A DNA stretch of 64,000 nt from Bacillota bacterium (GCA_963666425.2 OY762825.2:512001-576000); one strand, 5' to 3'. Numbered from the stretch's first letter, positions 20,979 through 30,821 are shown. Program-made: numbers and translations. The notes: generated by a model not told the origin, from the letters alone.

Positions 20979-21455
20979 TCATCGAGGGGAATAATGCTCA
21001 TCGTCTTCCCACTTCAATGGATTTTCATCGATATATTGCCAAACGCCTAAATATCCTTTTTCGTCGCGGATGACATGATCATAAAACGACTTTTGCCAAA
21101 TTTCCGCATTCGGATTTGTTTCGTGAATTCGTTTGGAAACACCAGCTTTATACAAACCAACAATGGTAGACAAATTTGGAAACGATGTTGATTGTTCCAC
21201 TGTATCGTTGCACCCGATGATAACGATTGCATGCACATGATTTGGCATAATAACATATTTATCAATTTGCACACCATCAAAATGCGCTGCAATTTTCAAG
21301 ATTTCCGCTTCGGCAATTTCACCATATTCGTTGAGCGCATTAATCCCGCCGAATAAATGCGCTTTTTTGTGTGTGCATAGAGTAATATGGTAATAGTTTT
21401 GATTTGAATAATCATAATCCGGCAATCGAGGTAATTTTCGATTTGGCAAGTCCAT
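20979..21455 (-). CDS. REP-associated tyrosine transposase (RAYT/TnpA-REP, Y1 HUH)
   Basis: RKLPRLPDYDYS, YHITLCT, MPNHVH (HUH), WQKSFYDHVIRDE, YIDENP (catalytic Tyr); GGAGG RBS; flanked by GTAG REPs. Confidence 0.93.
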   Translation of the reverse strand: MDLPNRKLPRLPDYDYSNQNYYHITLCTHKKAHLFGGINALNEYGEIAEAEILKIAAHFDGVQIDKYVIMPNHVHAIVIIGCNDTVEQSTSFPNLSTIVGLYKAGVSKRIHETNPNAEIWQKSFYDHVIRDEKGYLGVWQYIDENPLKWEDDEHYSPR

Positions 21456-21529
21456 ACAGTAAAACCTCCGATTCGAAACGGGAAAACGTGGGAGCGGGGC
21501 GAGGTTGTGGTAAAACAAGACTGTGGGGC

Positions 21530-22126
21530 GAAGAACGAGGAACGAGGAACGAGGAACGAGGAACGGGGAACGGGGAACGAGGAACGAGGAACGAGGAACG
21601 GGGAACGAGGAACGGGGAACGAGGAACGAGGAACGAGGAACGAGGAACGGGGAACGAGGAACGAGGAACGGGGAACGGGGTTACGCGGAATGGTCAAGAC
21701 CATTCCCTACCTTGCACAATGTTCATTACAAATCTGCAATGGTATATGTGAGGGCTACAAGGTACGAGGTTACAAAGAACAAGGAACAAAGAACGGGGAA
21801 CGAGGAACGAGGTGACGCGGAATGGTCAAGACCATTCCCTACCTTGCACAATGTTCATTACAAGTCTGCAATGGATGTATAAAACGCCAAAATACATTGG
21901 CAAAACGATAAATCACGCCAAACAGCATTGGGAAACCATCAATATACATTAAAAAACCGATTAACCACATTGGGCAGATGTAGGGAACGGTCTTGACCGT
22001 TCCGTAACGTCCCGCATTAATTAGCTTAATAGGCTAACGGGTAAGTGGCATGGGAACGAGGGATGAAGAACGAGGTTATGGGGAACGAGGAACGGGGTTA
22101 CGCGGAATGGTCAAGACCATTCCCTA
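21530..22126. repeat. REP cluster E: about 21 x 7-mer (GAGGAAC/GGGGAAC) and 4 REPs
   Basis: 7-mer array 21530-21676; REPs 21685>, 21817>, <21980, 22102> (truncated at CTA). Confidence 0.93.
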
Positions 22127-22139
22127 TCACTAGAATTTT

Positions 22140-23138
22140 TCAGACAAGCGCATTAATCTCAGCTTCCATTCGTCGCAGTGTAAACATGATTTCTTCAAAG
22201 CTCGGTGACGCTCCGAAGATCATATTTTTCATATGCTCATAGCCCTCTGCAAGAATGGGAATGCAGTCTTCTGGCGGGATCAACCGGATTGTGCCGGGGT
22301 GAGCCATGTCATATCTTGCAGCGTTGGTCGGATAGAAGCGAGCTTTAAATGCTACGACGTGCTCCAAAAGCGGTAAATCGGCATAGGCCTTTGCTTTCAC
22401 AGGAGACTTATCTATACAGTATAGGTCGTAATAATGCCGCGAATAGCGGCTGGAAAATTTGTCTTTAGCACGGAACGCCTCTTTATGAAGGATAGTCACC
22501 TTCTCCCAAAAAGTGCGCTCCGCCATGACGGTCAGAACGCTTGTAGAGGAAGTCTTGAAAGTATGCGGATATCGTTCCGCGGCGTATGAAGTAATTGTGG
22601 TGGTCTGCGTTGGTGTCCATGCCACCAGAGCGCCAATTTCCATGCGTACAACACTCACGATTGCGTTATCGTCAAAAATCCTAGGGTATGCAAAACACAC
22701 GGTCTGCGGCTCGTTGTCGTCTATAAAGAGCTCGAAGGGATCTGACAACTGCAGTGCAAAATCCACTTTAAGGCGTGGCAGAAAAACATCTTTTAGAAAG
22801 TTGCCGGTTCTGATGTCCATGTCTTTATTAAACTTATCCTGCCTGGTTTTAGTGCGTTCATTCCATGGTTCTGAATCAGCAAACCCAAGGACTCGCCAGT
22901 CGAGGATGATGTCGATATCCTCAGAAAAACGCTCAATCAGCTTATAGCACTTAGAGAGGCTGGTACCTCCCTTGAATGCCATATGCTTTGCCCATGGGCT
23001 TTGATGAAACAAGTAGCCCAGTACCCAACATACCCAAAAGTCTTTTTCTGCCATTGCCTCTGGCAGTTTAATGTCATGAGCCGTTGCGAGAAAGAGTTCC
23101 TCGCGCTCATCGCGGCTGAGTTTTGCGACACTATTCAT
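22140..23138 (-). CDS. AbiEii/AbiGii nucleotidyltransferase toxin (type IV TA)
   Basis: EKDFWV, FKGGTSLSK, RFSEDID, ERTFWEK, SRHYYD. Confidence 0.92.
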   Translation of the reverse strand: MNSVAKLSRDEREELFLATAHDIKLPEAMAEKDFWVCWVLGYLFHQSPWAKHMAFKGGTSLSKCYKLIERFSEDIDIILDWRVLGFADSEPWNERTKTRQDKFNKDMDIRTGNFLKDVFLPRLKVDFALQLSDPFELFIDDNEPQTVCFAYPRIFDDNAIVSVVRMEIGALVAWTPTQTTTITSYAAERYPHTFKTSSTSVLTVMAERTFWEKVTILHKEAFRAKDKFSSRYSRHYYDLYCIDKSPVKAKAYADLPLLEHVVAFKARFYPTNAARYDMAHPGTIRLIPPEDCIPILAEGYEHMKNMIFGASPSFEEIMFTLRRMEAEINALV

Positions 23139-23148
23139 AGTCGCCCTC

Positions 23149-23754
23149 CTAACATATTTTTCGTATGAGATCATAAACCCACGACGTGATACGCTTTGAC
23201 TCATTCAGCATTTGTGCTTTTTCATCATCGGATAGGAGTTTCGAGATACCTAGTAGCTCTTTGTCAGTGACGCTGCCTTTGCCCAGTGCTTTCAATGCCT
23301 GGACTACGAGCGCGGTTTTATATGATATGTTTATAAGCTCATTTTTGTTGTCTGTGTGTTTGAATTTCAACATCATTCCATTCACTTCATAGACCTTATA
23401 CGGACCGTCGCTGACATAAAGCCAAACAGCGGGAACTTGTGTCGATAAACCCAGCATATTCAAAGCGGTATCACCGTAGGGGACAATTGTCCAACCGTAG
23501 TTACGGGCTATCGCTTTGGCGATGTCATCTGTGCGTGGTGAAACGTACTTGTTCAGGAGTTCGCTAAAGCGGGGTTTCACATAGATACCGCGCATGATGC
23601 GCTGCAGATCTCCCGTTTCTTGGAGACGATCTAGACACATATTTATTTTAACAGATTCAGCAATGTCGAAAAAATCAGATGGAATAAAAACGGCACCTTG
23701 TTTTGCATCCTGTATACGTTTTTTTACTTGCTCCAAATAATCTGGGCGCTTCAT
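23149..23754 (-). CDS. AbiEi-type antitoxin (DUF6088-like)
   Basis: RIMRGIY, GDTALNMLGLSTQVP, YVSDGP; directly upstream of the AbiEii toxin. Confidence 0.88.
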   Translation of the reverse strand: MKRPDYLEQVKKRIQDAKQGAVFIPSDFFDIAESVKINMCLDRLQETGDLQRIMRGIYVKPRFSELLNKYVSPRTDDIAKAIARNYGWTIVPYGDTALNMLGLSTQVPAVWLYVSDGPYKVYEVNGMMLKFKHTDNKNELINISYKTALVVQALKALGKGSVTDKELLGISKLLSDDEKAQMLNESKRITSWVYDLIRKIC

Positions 23755-23770
23755 ATGCTCACCTCGTTTC

Positions 23771-23808
23771 GTTATAAAAAGTATATACTATTTATAACCA
23801 ATAATCAA
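23771..23808 (-). promoter_or_regulatory. abiE promoter with palindromic operator
   Basis: TTGATT-17-TATACT; 28-bp palindrome gttataaaaagtatatactatttataac (23771-23798) overlaps the -10. Confidence 0.7.
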
Positions 23809-23956
23809 GATTTTATGTGAGAAATTTATATTGTCAAAAAACACATCATTGAATTATTCCATTTTCAATGCCGATATTTCGTTACGGGATTGGGTTTTTA
23901 ATTGAATAATATCAGCATTTATTGCATCGAAACGATTTAGTCATAAGTGGCGAAAG

Positions 23957-24845
23957 GGGGTGACGCGGAATGGTCAAGACCATTCCCTACCTTGCACAAT
24001 GTTTATAACAAGTCTGCAATGGATGTATAAAACGCCAAAATACATTGGCAAAACAATAAATCACATGGGTCAAAACGCAAAACCACATTGGGATACCACC
24101 AATATACATTTAAAAACCGATTAACCACATTGGGCAGATGTAGGGAACGGTCTTGACCGTTCCGCAACGTATCGCATTTATTAGCTTGATAGGCTAACGG
24201 GTACGTGGTATGGGAACAAGGTTACGGGGAATGAGGAGCGAGGAACGGGGTGACGCGGAATGGTCAAGACCATTCCATACCCTGCACAATGTTCATGACA
24301 AGTCTGCAATAGTATATATGAGGGTTACAAGGTACGAGGTTACAAAGAACGAGGAACAAAGAACGGGGAACGAGGGATGAAGAACGAGGAGCGAAGTTAC
24401 GCGGAATGGTCAAGACCATTCCCTACCTTGCACAATGTTCATGACAAATCTGCAATGGATGTATAAAACGCCAAAATACATTGGCAAAACGATAAATCAC
24501 ATGGGTCAAAACGCCAAACAACATTGGGAAACCATCAATATACATTAAAAAACCGATTAACCACATTGGGCAGATGTAGGGAACGGTCTTGACCGTTCCG
24601 CAACGTATCGCATAAATTAGCTTGATAGGCTAACGGGTACGTGGGTTGGGAACTAGGGATGAAGAACGAGGTTACGGGGAACGAGGAACGAGGTGACGCG
24701 GAATGGTCAAGACCATTCCCTACCTTGCACAATGTTCATTACAAATCTGCAATGGTATATATGCAGATTAAGAGGAACGAGGGACGAAGAATGAGGTTAC
24801 AGGGAACGAGAGACGATGAACGTGGTTACGAAAAACATGGTTACA
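23957..24845. repeat. REP cluster F (6 REPs)
   Basis: 23965>, <24140, 24255>, 24401>, <24576, 24698>. Confidence 0.92.
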
Positions 24846-24853
24846 CGAATTGA

Positions 24854-24890
24854 AAGCCCGTCTGAATTGTAATAATTCAGACGGGTTTTC
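24854..24890 (-). terminator. Terminator downstream of tRNA-Ala
   Basis: cccgtctgaatt...aattcagacggg hairpin. Confidence 0.8.
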
Positions 24891-24893
24891 TGT

Positions 24894-24969
<76 letters not shown>

Positions 24970-25000
24970 ATGTTTATGCAGTTTTGCGGCAACAGTGAGT

Positions 25001-25029
25001 ATTTTAACTTAGAAGCGAAAATTTGTCAA
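25001..25029 (-). promoter_or_regulatory. SigA promoter of tRNA-Ala
   Basis: TTGACA-17-TAAAAT. Confidence 0.75.
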
Positions 25030-25125
25030 GGGGTTAATGGCAGGAATTTCGCTCTGCCGGTAAAAATCCGCCCATCAAAAAGAGGCAAGTTCCGCTGACG
25101 CCTGCCTCTTTTTGATGTTTATTGC

Positions 25126-25250
25126 TTAATTCAAATAATCCACCGTATAACCTGCTTCGCTCAGCAGATCCAGAATCATGCAGCTGGGTGGTAAAATGCG
25201 TTGCCCCGGTTATCGCAAAGTAAGTCTTTGAATCTTCTCTCTGCAATGGG
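25126..25250 (-). repeat. Degenerate duplicate of the 3' end of the TraB/GumN gene
   Basis: Aligns with 25260-25380, with substitutions and a 1-nt indel. Confidence 0.85.
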
Positions 25251-25259
25251 GAGTATTAC

Positions 25260-26648
25260 TTAATTCAAATAATCCACCGTATAGCCTGCTTCGCTCAGTT
25301 GATCCAGAATCATGCCACTGGTGGTAAAGTGCGCTGCGCCGGCTACCACAAAGTAAGTCGTTGAGCCTTCTCCCTCCAGCAAAGAGATGAGGATGTCGGT
25401 CATTGCTTTGTCTCTTTGCCCCAACAACAGGTTGCTGAATTCGTCGTTCGGGTCCACTTCGGTGCCGATGATTGCCTGAAAAGCAGCCAAATCGCCTTGA
25501 ATCCAGGCCTGCTGCATGTTTTTGACCTGTTCGCCGGAATCGGCTGCCGGGTCTTGGCTCAAGGCGCTATCCAGTTGGCTGTTCAAATATTCAGTCTGCA
25601 GCTGCAGAGACATATTATCGAAGAGCTGGCCTTGTTTGGCGTAGCCTTCCAATTGAAACACCTGCTTGCCGTTGACATAGGCGTCCTGCAGGAGTTGGTA
25701 ATCCACGCCCAGCATGGCGGCGACTTGGGCATCTTCGGTATCTTCAGAGGAGCTGGCTGCCAGGGTCGAGACAAGATTTGCTACATACCAGGGTTTGTAA
25801 TTGCTCAGGTATGCTCTGGTGTAGCCAAAAGGCGACAGATAAGCGTCCAATTTTTCCGCGGTGCTCGCATCAATGACATCATAAAGACTTTGTCCGTCCG
25901 GATAAGTCGCCAGCGCCATAAAAACGAGGGAGCCGTTGGGGTCGAATAAATTCACTTCCGCCCAGAGCGAGCTGGCTGTCGCATAGGCATCTTGAATCTC
26001 CTGGCTCAAGGGATACATGGAATAGTCACCGATATGGATCGAACCCAGCAGATAGAGCGTGTTCTCGGCGCTGCTGACCTGCCAGAAAAAACCTTTCGCT
26101 CCGCTGTCGGCTGCTTGGTAGGCGTCGGTAATCAGGCGGCTGGCAAAAATCACCGCTTGTTCCGTTGTGCATTGCCAACCCAGCTGATAATCGCCTGCCG
26201 TTCCGTAGCCCTCTAAGAGACCGCGGCTGCTGAAATATTCCGCTGCCGATGTGGCTGTCTCGTATTCCGGCAGCAGACCGTTCCATTGGTAGCGATCCAG
26301 ACTTTTATAGAGACGCGCGATGACATTGCGTCTGGTTGTGTTCAGATCATAGCTCTCCCGGTAGTTTTCGTTCAGCGGCAGGCCGATTGCATCCAGTTTG
26401 CTTTCAACAGCATCCATCAGTGCGCTCAAGTTGCGCTGTGTAATGGGATAACGGAAGCTCTGATTATACCAGTCGAGCGGGTAGATGCCGTAGGTTTCGG
26501 CGTCCAGCAGATCGTTGACCGCCCAGTTGCTGACGGTCGCATCGGGCTCCTCCGCTGCGGTTACCGTGCCGCCAAAGACGGCGAAAAGCAGCGTCATTCC
26601 CAATGCTAAGAGCAGAATTCTGCGATTCCAATGCAATAATTGTTTCAT
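25260..26648 (-). CDS. Secreted TraB/GumN-family protein
   Basis: Signal peptide; LYLLGSIH, GVD, LEG, RD..M, VAGAAH. Confidence 0.85.
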   Translation of the reverse strand: MKQLLHWNRRILLLALGMTLLFAVFGGTVTAAEEPDATVSNWAVNDLLDAETYGIYPLDWYNQSFRYPITQRNLSALMDAVESKLDAIGLPLNENYRESYDLNTTRRNVIARLYKSLDRYQWNGLLPEYETATSAAEYFSSRGLLEGYGTAGDYQLGWQCTTEQAVIFASRLITDAYQAADSGAKGFFWQVSSAENTLYLLGSIHIGDYSMYPLSQEIQDAYATASSLWAEVNLFDPNGSLVFMALATYPDGQSLYDVIDASTAEKLDAYLSPFGYTRAYLSNYKPWYVANLVSTLAASSSEDTEDAQVAAMLGVDYQLLQDAYVNGKQVFQLEGYAKQGQLFDNMSLQLQTEYLNSQLDSALSQDPAADSGEQVKNMQQAWIQGDLAAFQAIIGTEVDPNDEFSNLLLGQRDKAMTDILISLLEGEGSTTYFVVAGAAHFTTSGMILDQLSEAGYTVDYLN

Positions 26649-26685
26649 AGGAGTTCAGTTCCTTCTTTCGGGTAGTGATTGGTCT

Positions 26686-27336
26686 CTAACTAAAAGTGCG
26701 CAAGGAGCGCAGCGCTTTGGCATAATCCGCGGCGCCAAAAACAGCGGAGCCGGCCACCAGCACATCAGCGCCGGCCTGGATGACTTGTGCCGCATTCTGC
26801 GCGTTGATGCCGCCGTCCACCTGGATCAGGGCATGCGCGCCGCAGGCGTTGATTTTCTGCCGCAGCGCTGTGATTTTTGCCAAGGTAGCCGGGATAAATT
26901 TCTGGCCGCCAAAGCCGGGATCGACCGACATCAGCAAGACGAGATCCAGTTCCGGCAGCAGGTAATCGAGTACGTCAAGCGGCGTATGCGGGTTGAGGGC
27001 AAGGCCGGCTTGCAGGCCAAGTTCTTTGATTTTAGCAATGGCGCGGTGCAGATGTGGCGTCGCTTCCGCATGAATGACCAAAAGGTCGGCGCCGGCAGCG
27101 GCAAATTGCTCGATAAAGCGCTCCGGTTGGGTGATCATCAGATGCACATCCAAAGGGATGTTCACGCGGCCCCGCAGCGCCTGCACAATGGGCAGACCGA
27201 TGGAGAGGTTCGGCACGAACTGTCCGTCCATCACGTCAATATGAATCCAATCGGCGCCGGCGGCAACAACCGCCTGCACTTCGGCTAAAAGGCATCCAAA
27301 ATCGGCCGAGAGGATGGATGGTGCGATCATGGTCAT
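26686..27336 (-). CDS. rpe: Ribulose-phosphate 3-epimerase
   Basis: IAPSILSADF, HIDVMDGQFVPN, VDGG. Confidence 0.96.
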   Translation of the reverse strand: MTMIAPSILSADFGCLLAEVQAVVAAGADWIHIDVMDGQFVPNLSIGLPIVQALRGRVNIPLDVHLMITQPERFIEQFAAAGADLLVIHAEATPHLHRAIAKIKELGLQAGLALNPHTPLDVLDYLLPELDLVLLMSVDPGFGGQKFIPATLAKITALRQKINACGAHALIQVDGGINAQNAAQVIQAGADVLVAGSAVFGAADYAKALRSLRTFS

Positions 27337-28208
27337 GAGTAAAGCCCTCTTTCTCTGTCTTTCATTTCCGTCAGGAACTTCAGGTAAGCCGCATAGCGAT
27401 CCGCGGCGATTTTACCTTCGGCTAAAAGCTGTTTGACGGCGCAGTCCGGTTCTTTGTCATGCACGCAGGAGATAAAGCGGCATTGACCCAAGGCCGGGCG
27501 CATTTCCGGAAAATAATCAGCCAGGAGGCGCGGTTCCACCAAAGGCAGATCGAGGTGATAAAAGCCAGGCGTATCGGCAATCAAACCGTCTTCCGGGCGG
27601 CCGTAGAGTTCCGCATGCCGGGTGGTGTGTTTGCCGCGCTGCGATTTTTGGCTGATTTCACCGGTTTCCAACTTCCAATTGGGGTAGAGGCAATTGAGCA
27701 AACTCGATTTCCCCACACCGGAAGGACCGGCAAAAACGGAAATCTTGCCCTGCAGCAACTGACGCAGTTCGGCAATGCCAAGTTGTTCCAAAGCGGAGGT
27801 GCGCAGGATGGTGTAACCGGCCAGAGCATAGTCGGCCATCATCCGATCGACCTCTTCCCTGTCACTGAGATCGCTTTTTTGCAGCACGATAATTGGTACA
27901 ATGCGATGAATTTCCGCCTGCAGCAGCATTTTATCCAAGAGTTCCCGTTGCAGTGCCGGCTGGCTGTAGGCAAAGACCAAGATCAGCTGATCGACATTGG
28001 CTAAGCTCGGACGATCCAGCTCATTGCGGCGCGGCAGGACTTTTTCGATCATCGACTTGCCGCCCTCCGTTTCAATCTCCACCAGATCGCCAATTAAGAT
28101 ACCCTGTTCTTTGTGTTTGCCGCGGCTGCTGCCGCGATAACGATTGCCCTCTCGGTCCTGCATTTGATACAATCCGCCCACTCGTTTGATTACGATGGCT
28201 TCTGTCAC
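27333..28208 (-). CDS. rsgA: Ribosome small subunit-dependent GTPase A
   Basis: GPSGVGKSS, RGKHTT, DTPG, Zn-finger CRF..C.H..EPDC. Confidence 0.96.
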   Translation of the reverse strand: MTEAIVIKRVGGLYQMQDREGNRYRGSSRGKHKEQGILIGDLVEIETEGGKSMIEKVLPRRNELDRPSLANVDQLILVFAYSQPALQRELLDKMLLQAEIHRIVPIIVLQKSDLSDREEVDRMMADYALAGYTILRTSALEQLGIAELRQLLQGKISVFAGPSGVGKSSLLNCLYPNWKLETGEISQKSQRGKHTTRHAELYGRPEDGLIADTPGFYHLDLPLVEPRLLADYFPEMRPALGQCRFISCVHDKEPDCAVKQLLAEGKIAADRYAAYLKFLTEMKDRERGLYS

Positions 28209-28221
28209 TCATTACACCTCA

Positions 28222-30039
28222 TCAATATTTCTTGGTCGATTCCAATACGCCATTGCGGTAAATTTCAATGGTAGCCGGTGCCACAATGGGGATATCCAGC
28301 ACCAGCGGTGCGTCGCCTTTATGATGCGTTTTTTCATAGACGGTGCGGACCGGCGAAGAGATGCTGTTGTCGCGCACCACAATACTGATTTTGCTGACGC
28401 CAAAATCGTCAAAGGTGATGGTGATGTGTGCCTGGGTGGCGCCCAGATTTTCCACCACATTCACCGCGCTGCCGGCTGCCACTTCATACTGCGGTGCCGG
28501 TTCCTGAGAAACGATGGTTTTAGCGGCTTGGGTTTCATCTACAGTCGAACCGGTGGCGCCCAGTTTTAAACCAACCGAGGTCAGGGCTGTCATCGCCTGT
28601 TCCAGTGTCATGCCGCGCAGATCGGGTACTTTGACCTTCTCCGGCCCGGAAGAAACCGTTAGGGTGACCGAACTGCCGGTCGGCGCCCGTTTGAACGATT
28701 CCGGGTCTTGCTTGATGACTTTACCGGCTTCCACCGTGGTACTGCTTTCCGGTTTGATCACGACATTAAATAACTCATTGGTCAGGGCAATGCTGGCTTC
28801 GCGTTCGGTTTTGCCGGTGACCAGCGGTACCTGACGCAGTTCCGGCCCTTTGCTGACCGTGAGATAGATGGAGCGCGAGCGCTTGACTTCGGTATCGCCG
28901 GAGGGTGTCTGGTGGATGATCACATCCTCTTTGACCTCCTGATCGTAACGTCTTTCCGTAATTTCATAGGAGAGCCCGGCGGCGTCAAAGAGTTTATCGG
29001 CTTCGGTCAGGGTTTTGCCGATCACCGATGGCACCATCACAATGGTATTGTCGCGGCTGCTCTGCCACCAACTGTTGAAAATCAGGATGCCGCCGGAAAA
29101 GAAGATGATAGCGGCCAGCAGCTGAATCAAGAGGCGCATCCAGCGCTTTTTTTTGCGCACCGCCTCTGCTTTCTCCAGTGAGGTTGGATTGCGTTTGGGC
29201 CGCTTGGTGACGGGCTGCAAACCGCTTTTTTGCACGCTCTCCAGATCCGCCAATAAGTCGCTGGCGCTTTTATAGCGGTCGCGCGTGTCTTTTTCCAACA
29301 ATTTCATCACAATATCTTCCAATTGCGGTGGAATATCGGGACGGAAATCTTCCAGCGGCGGTACCGCTTCGCGCACGTGCTTTAAAGCCAGTTCAATGGG
29401 GGTGTCGCCGATAAACGGCACCCGCCCGGCCAGCATTTCGTATAAAACAATGCCGACCGAATAGAGATCCGATTGCTCGTTGACCGGTTTGCCCTGCGCC
29501 TGTTCCGGTGAGAAATAATGCACCGAACCGATGATGGCGCGGGTATTGGTCAGGGTGGAAGTGGAGACGGTGAGTGCAATGCCAAAATCGGTCAGTTTGA
29601 TCATGCCGTTTTTGTCCACCAGAATATTGTGCGGTTTGATGTCGCGGTGAATGACCTTATTGGTGTGCGCATGCTGCAGGGCTTTGGCAATCTGACAGGC
29701 AAAGTTGACGACTTGTTCGTAGCTAAGGTTGCCGTTGCCGATCAGTTTATCGAGGGTGGTGCCTTCCACCAGTTCCATCACGATATAATAGGGCGGCGTT
29801 TCTACCTGCACGTCGTAGGTCGTAACCAGATTGGGATGGTTGAGGCGCTGCAGTGATTCGGCTTCCCGGCGGAAACGGCGCAGAAAATCTTCATCGGAAT
29901 CGAATTCTTCCCGCAGTACTTTGATGGCCACAAAGCGGTTCTCTTTTAAGTCTCTGGCTTTGTAAACATGCGACATGCCGCCGCTGCCCACCAATTCGAG
30001 AATTTCATAGCGTCCTTGCAGTAATTTTTCCATCATCAT
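28222..30039 (-). CDS. pknB: PASTA-domain Ser/Thr kinase (PrkC/Stk1)
   Basis: GSGGM, HRDIKPHN, DFG, TM helix, 3 PASTA repeats. Confidence 0.94.
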   Translation of the reverse strand: MMMEKLLQGRYEILELVGSGGMSHVYKARDLKENRFVAIKVLREEFDSDEDFLRRFRREAESLQRLNHPNLVTTYDVQVETPPYYIVMELVEGTTLDKLIGNGNLSYEQVVNFACQIAKALQHAHTNKVIHRDIKPHNILVDKNGMIKLTDFGIALTVSTSTLTNTRAIIGSVHYFSPEQAQGKPVNEQSDLYSVGIVLYEMLAGRVPFIGDTPIELALKHVREAVPPLEDFRPDIPPQLEDIVMKLLEKDTRDRYKSASDLLADLESVQKSGLQPVTKRPKRNPTSLEKAEAVRKKKRWMRLLIQLLAAIIFFSGGILIFNSWWQSSRDNTIVMVPSVIGKTLTEADKLFDAAGLSYEITERRYDQEVKEDVIIHQTPSGDTEVKRSRSIYLTVSKGPELRQVPLVTGKTEREASIALTNELFNVVIKPESSTTVEAGKVIKQDPESFKRAPTGSSVTLTVSSGPEKVKVPDLRGMTLEQAMTALTSVGLKLGATGSTVDETQAAKTIVSQEPAPQYEVAAGSAVNVVENLGATQAHITITFDDFGVSKISIVVRDNSISSPVRTVYEKTHHKGDAPLVLDIPIVAPATIEIYRNGVLESTKKY

Positions 30040-30821
30040 TGCGCACCTCTCGTTTCAGAGAGATAGAGAGCCGTTATAGCGGAAATATTATCAAAACCAC
30101 CACGCTCGTTGGCCAGTTCAATCAATTCATTGGCTGTGGCGCTGGGGTCTTTCATTTTTTTTAAGGCGGTCTGCAGTTCGTTGTCCGTCACCAGCGTGTA
30201 GAGACCGTCACTGCAGATTAATAAACGCGAGTAGGGCGTTAGTTCCAGGACTTTGGTTTCCGCCAGCAGCTTGCCGGCATAACCCAAAGACTGGGTGAGG
30301 ATATTACGGTTGGGATGGGTTCTGGCTTCTTCCGGAGAAATCTGGCCGGAGCGCAGCAATTCAGCCGCCCAGGAGTGGTCGGAGGAGATTTGGTGCAGCT
30401 TGCCTTCATCATAATGGTAAAATCTGCTGTCGCCGATATGAAGCATGTATAAAAACTGATTGATTTCCACGACAGCGGTCAGCGTGGTGCCCATCGCCGT
30501 ATAGCGGGGATCTTCTTTGGCCGCCAAGAGAATGGCGTCGTTGATTTCGGCCGCCATCTGCTTGAGCAGCTTGGGCCAGAGAGAAATCGCATCCTCCGCC
30601 GGCCAGAGCAGTTCCGGGTTGCGCAAAAATTGCAGAGAAGTTTCAATGGCTATTTTGCTGGCGGTATCGCCGCCCAAATAACCACCGATGCCATCGGCAA
30701 CGGCCAGAAAATGAATCGCTTTCGCATCATCGCGTTCCAAACGCCCGGCAAAAAGAGTATCCTGATTCATCGCACGTACTTTTCCGGTGTGAGTGGCAAC
30801 ACCATAATGTAGTTGCTTCAT
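30036..30821 (-). CDS. PP2C-family Ser/Thr phosphatase (Stp1/PrpC)
   Basis: VADGIGG, MGTT, IGDSR, CSDGL, GGFDN. Confidence 0.93.
   Translation of the reverse strand: MKQLHYGVATHTGKVRAMNQDTLFAGRLERDDAKAIHFLAVADGIGGYLGGDTASKIAIETSLQFLRNPELLWPAEDAISLWPKLLKQMAAEINDAILLAAKEDPRYTAMGTTLTAVVEINQFLYMLHIGDSRFYHYDEGKLHQISSDHSWAAELLRSGQISPEEARTHPNRNILTQSLGYAGKLLAETKVLELTPYSRLLICSDGLYTLVTDNELQTALKKMKDPSATANELIELANERGGFDNISAITALYLSETRGAQ

Noticed and set aside
20979-21455. IS200/IS605 element with TnpB
   Set aside because: No tnpB; motifs and flanking GTAG palindromes fit a RAYT
14481-22242. Short ORFs starting MVLTIPR / containing RNGQDHS, and the SSRHPVIP or EERGTRN repeat ORFs
   Set aside because: They are translations of REPs and microsatellites, with no RBS and no protein-like composition
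25126-25380. Template/variable repeat pair of a diversity-generating retroelement
   Set aside because: Differences are not confined to adenines, there is an indel, and no reverse transcriptase is in the window
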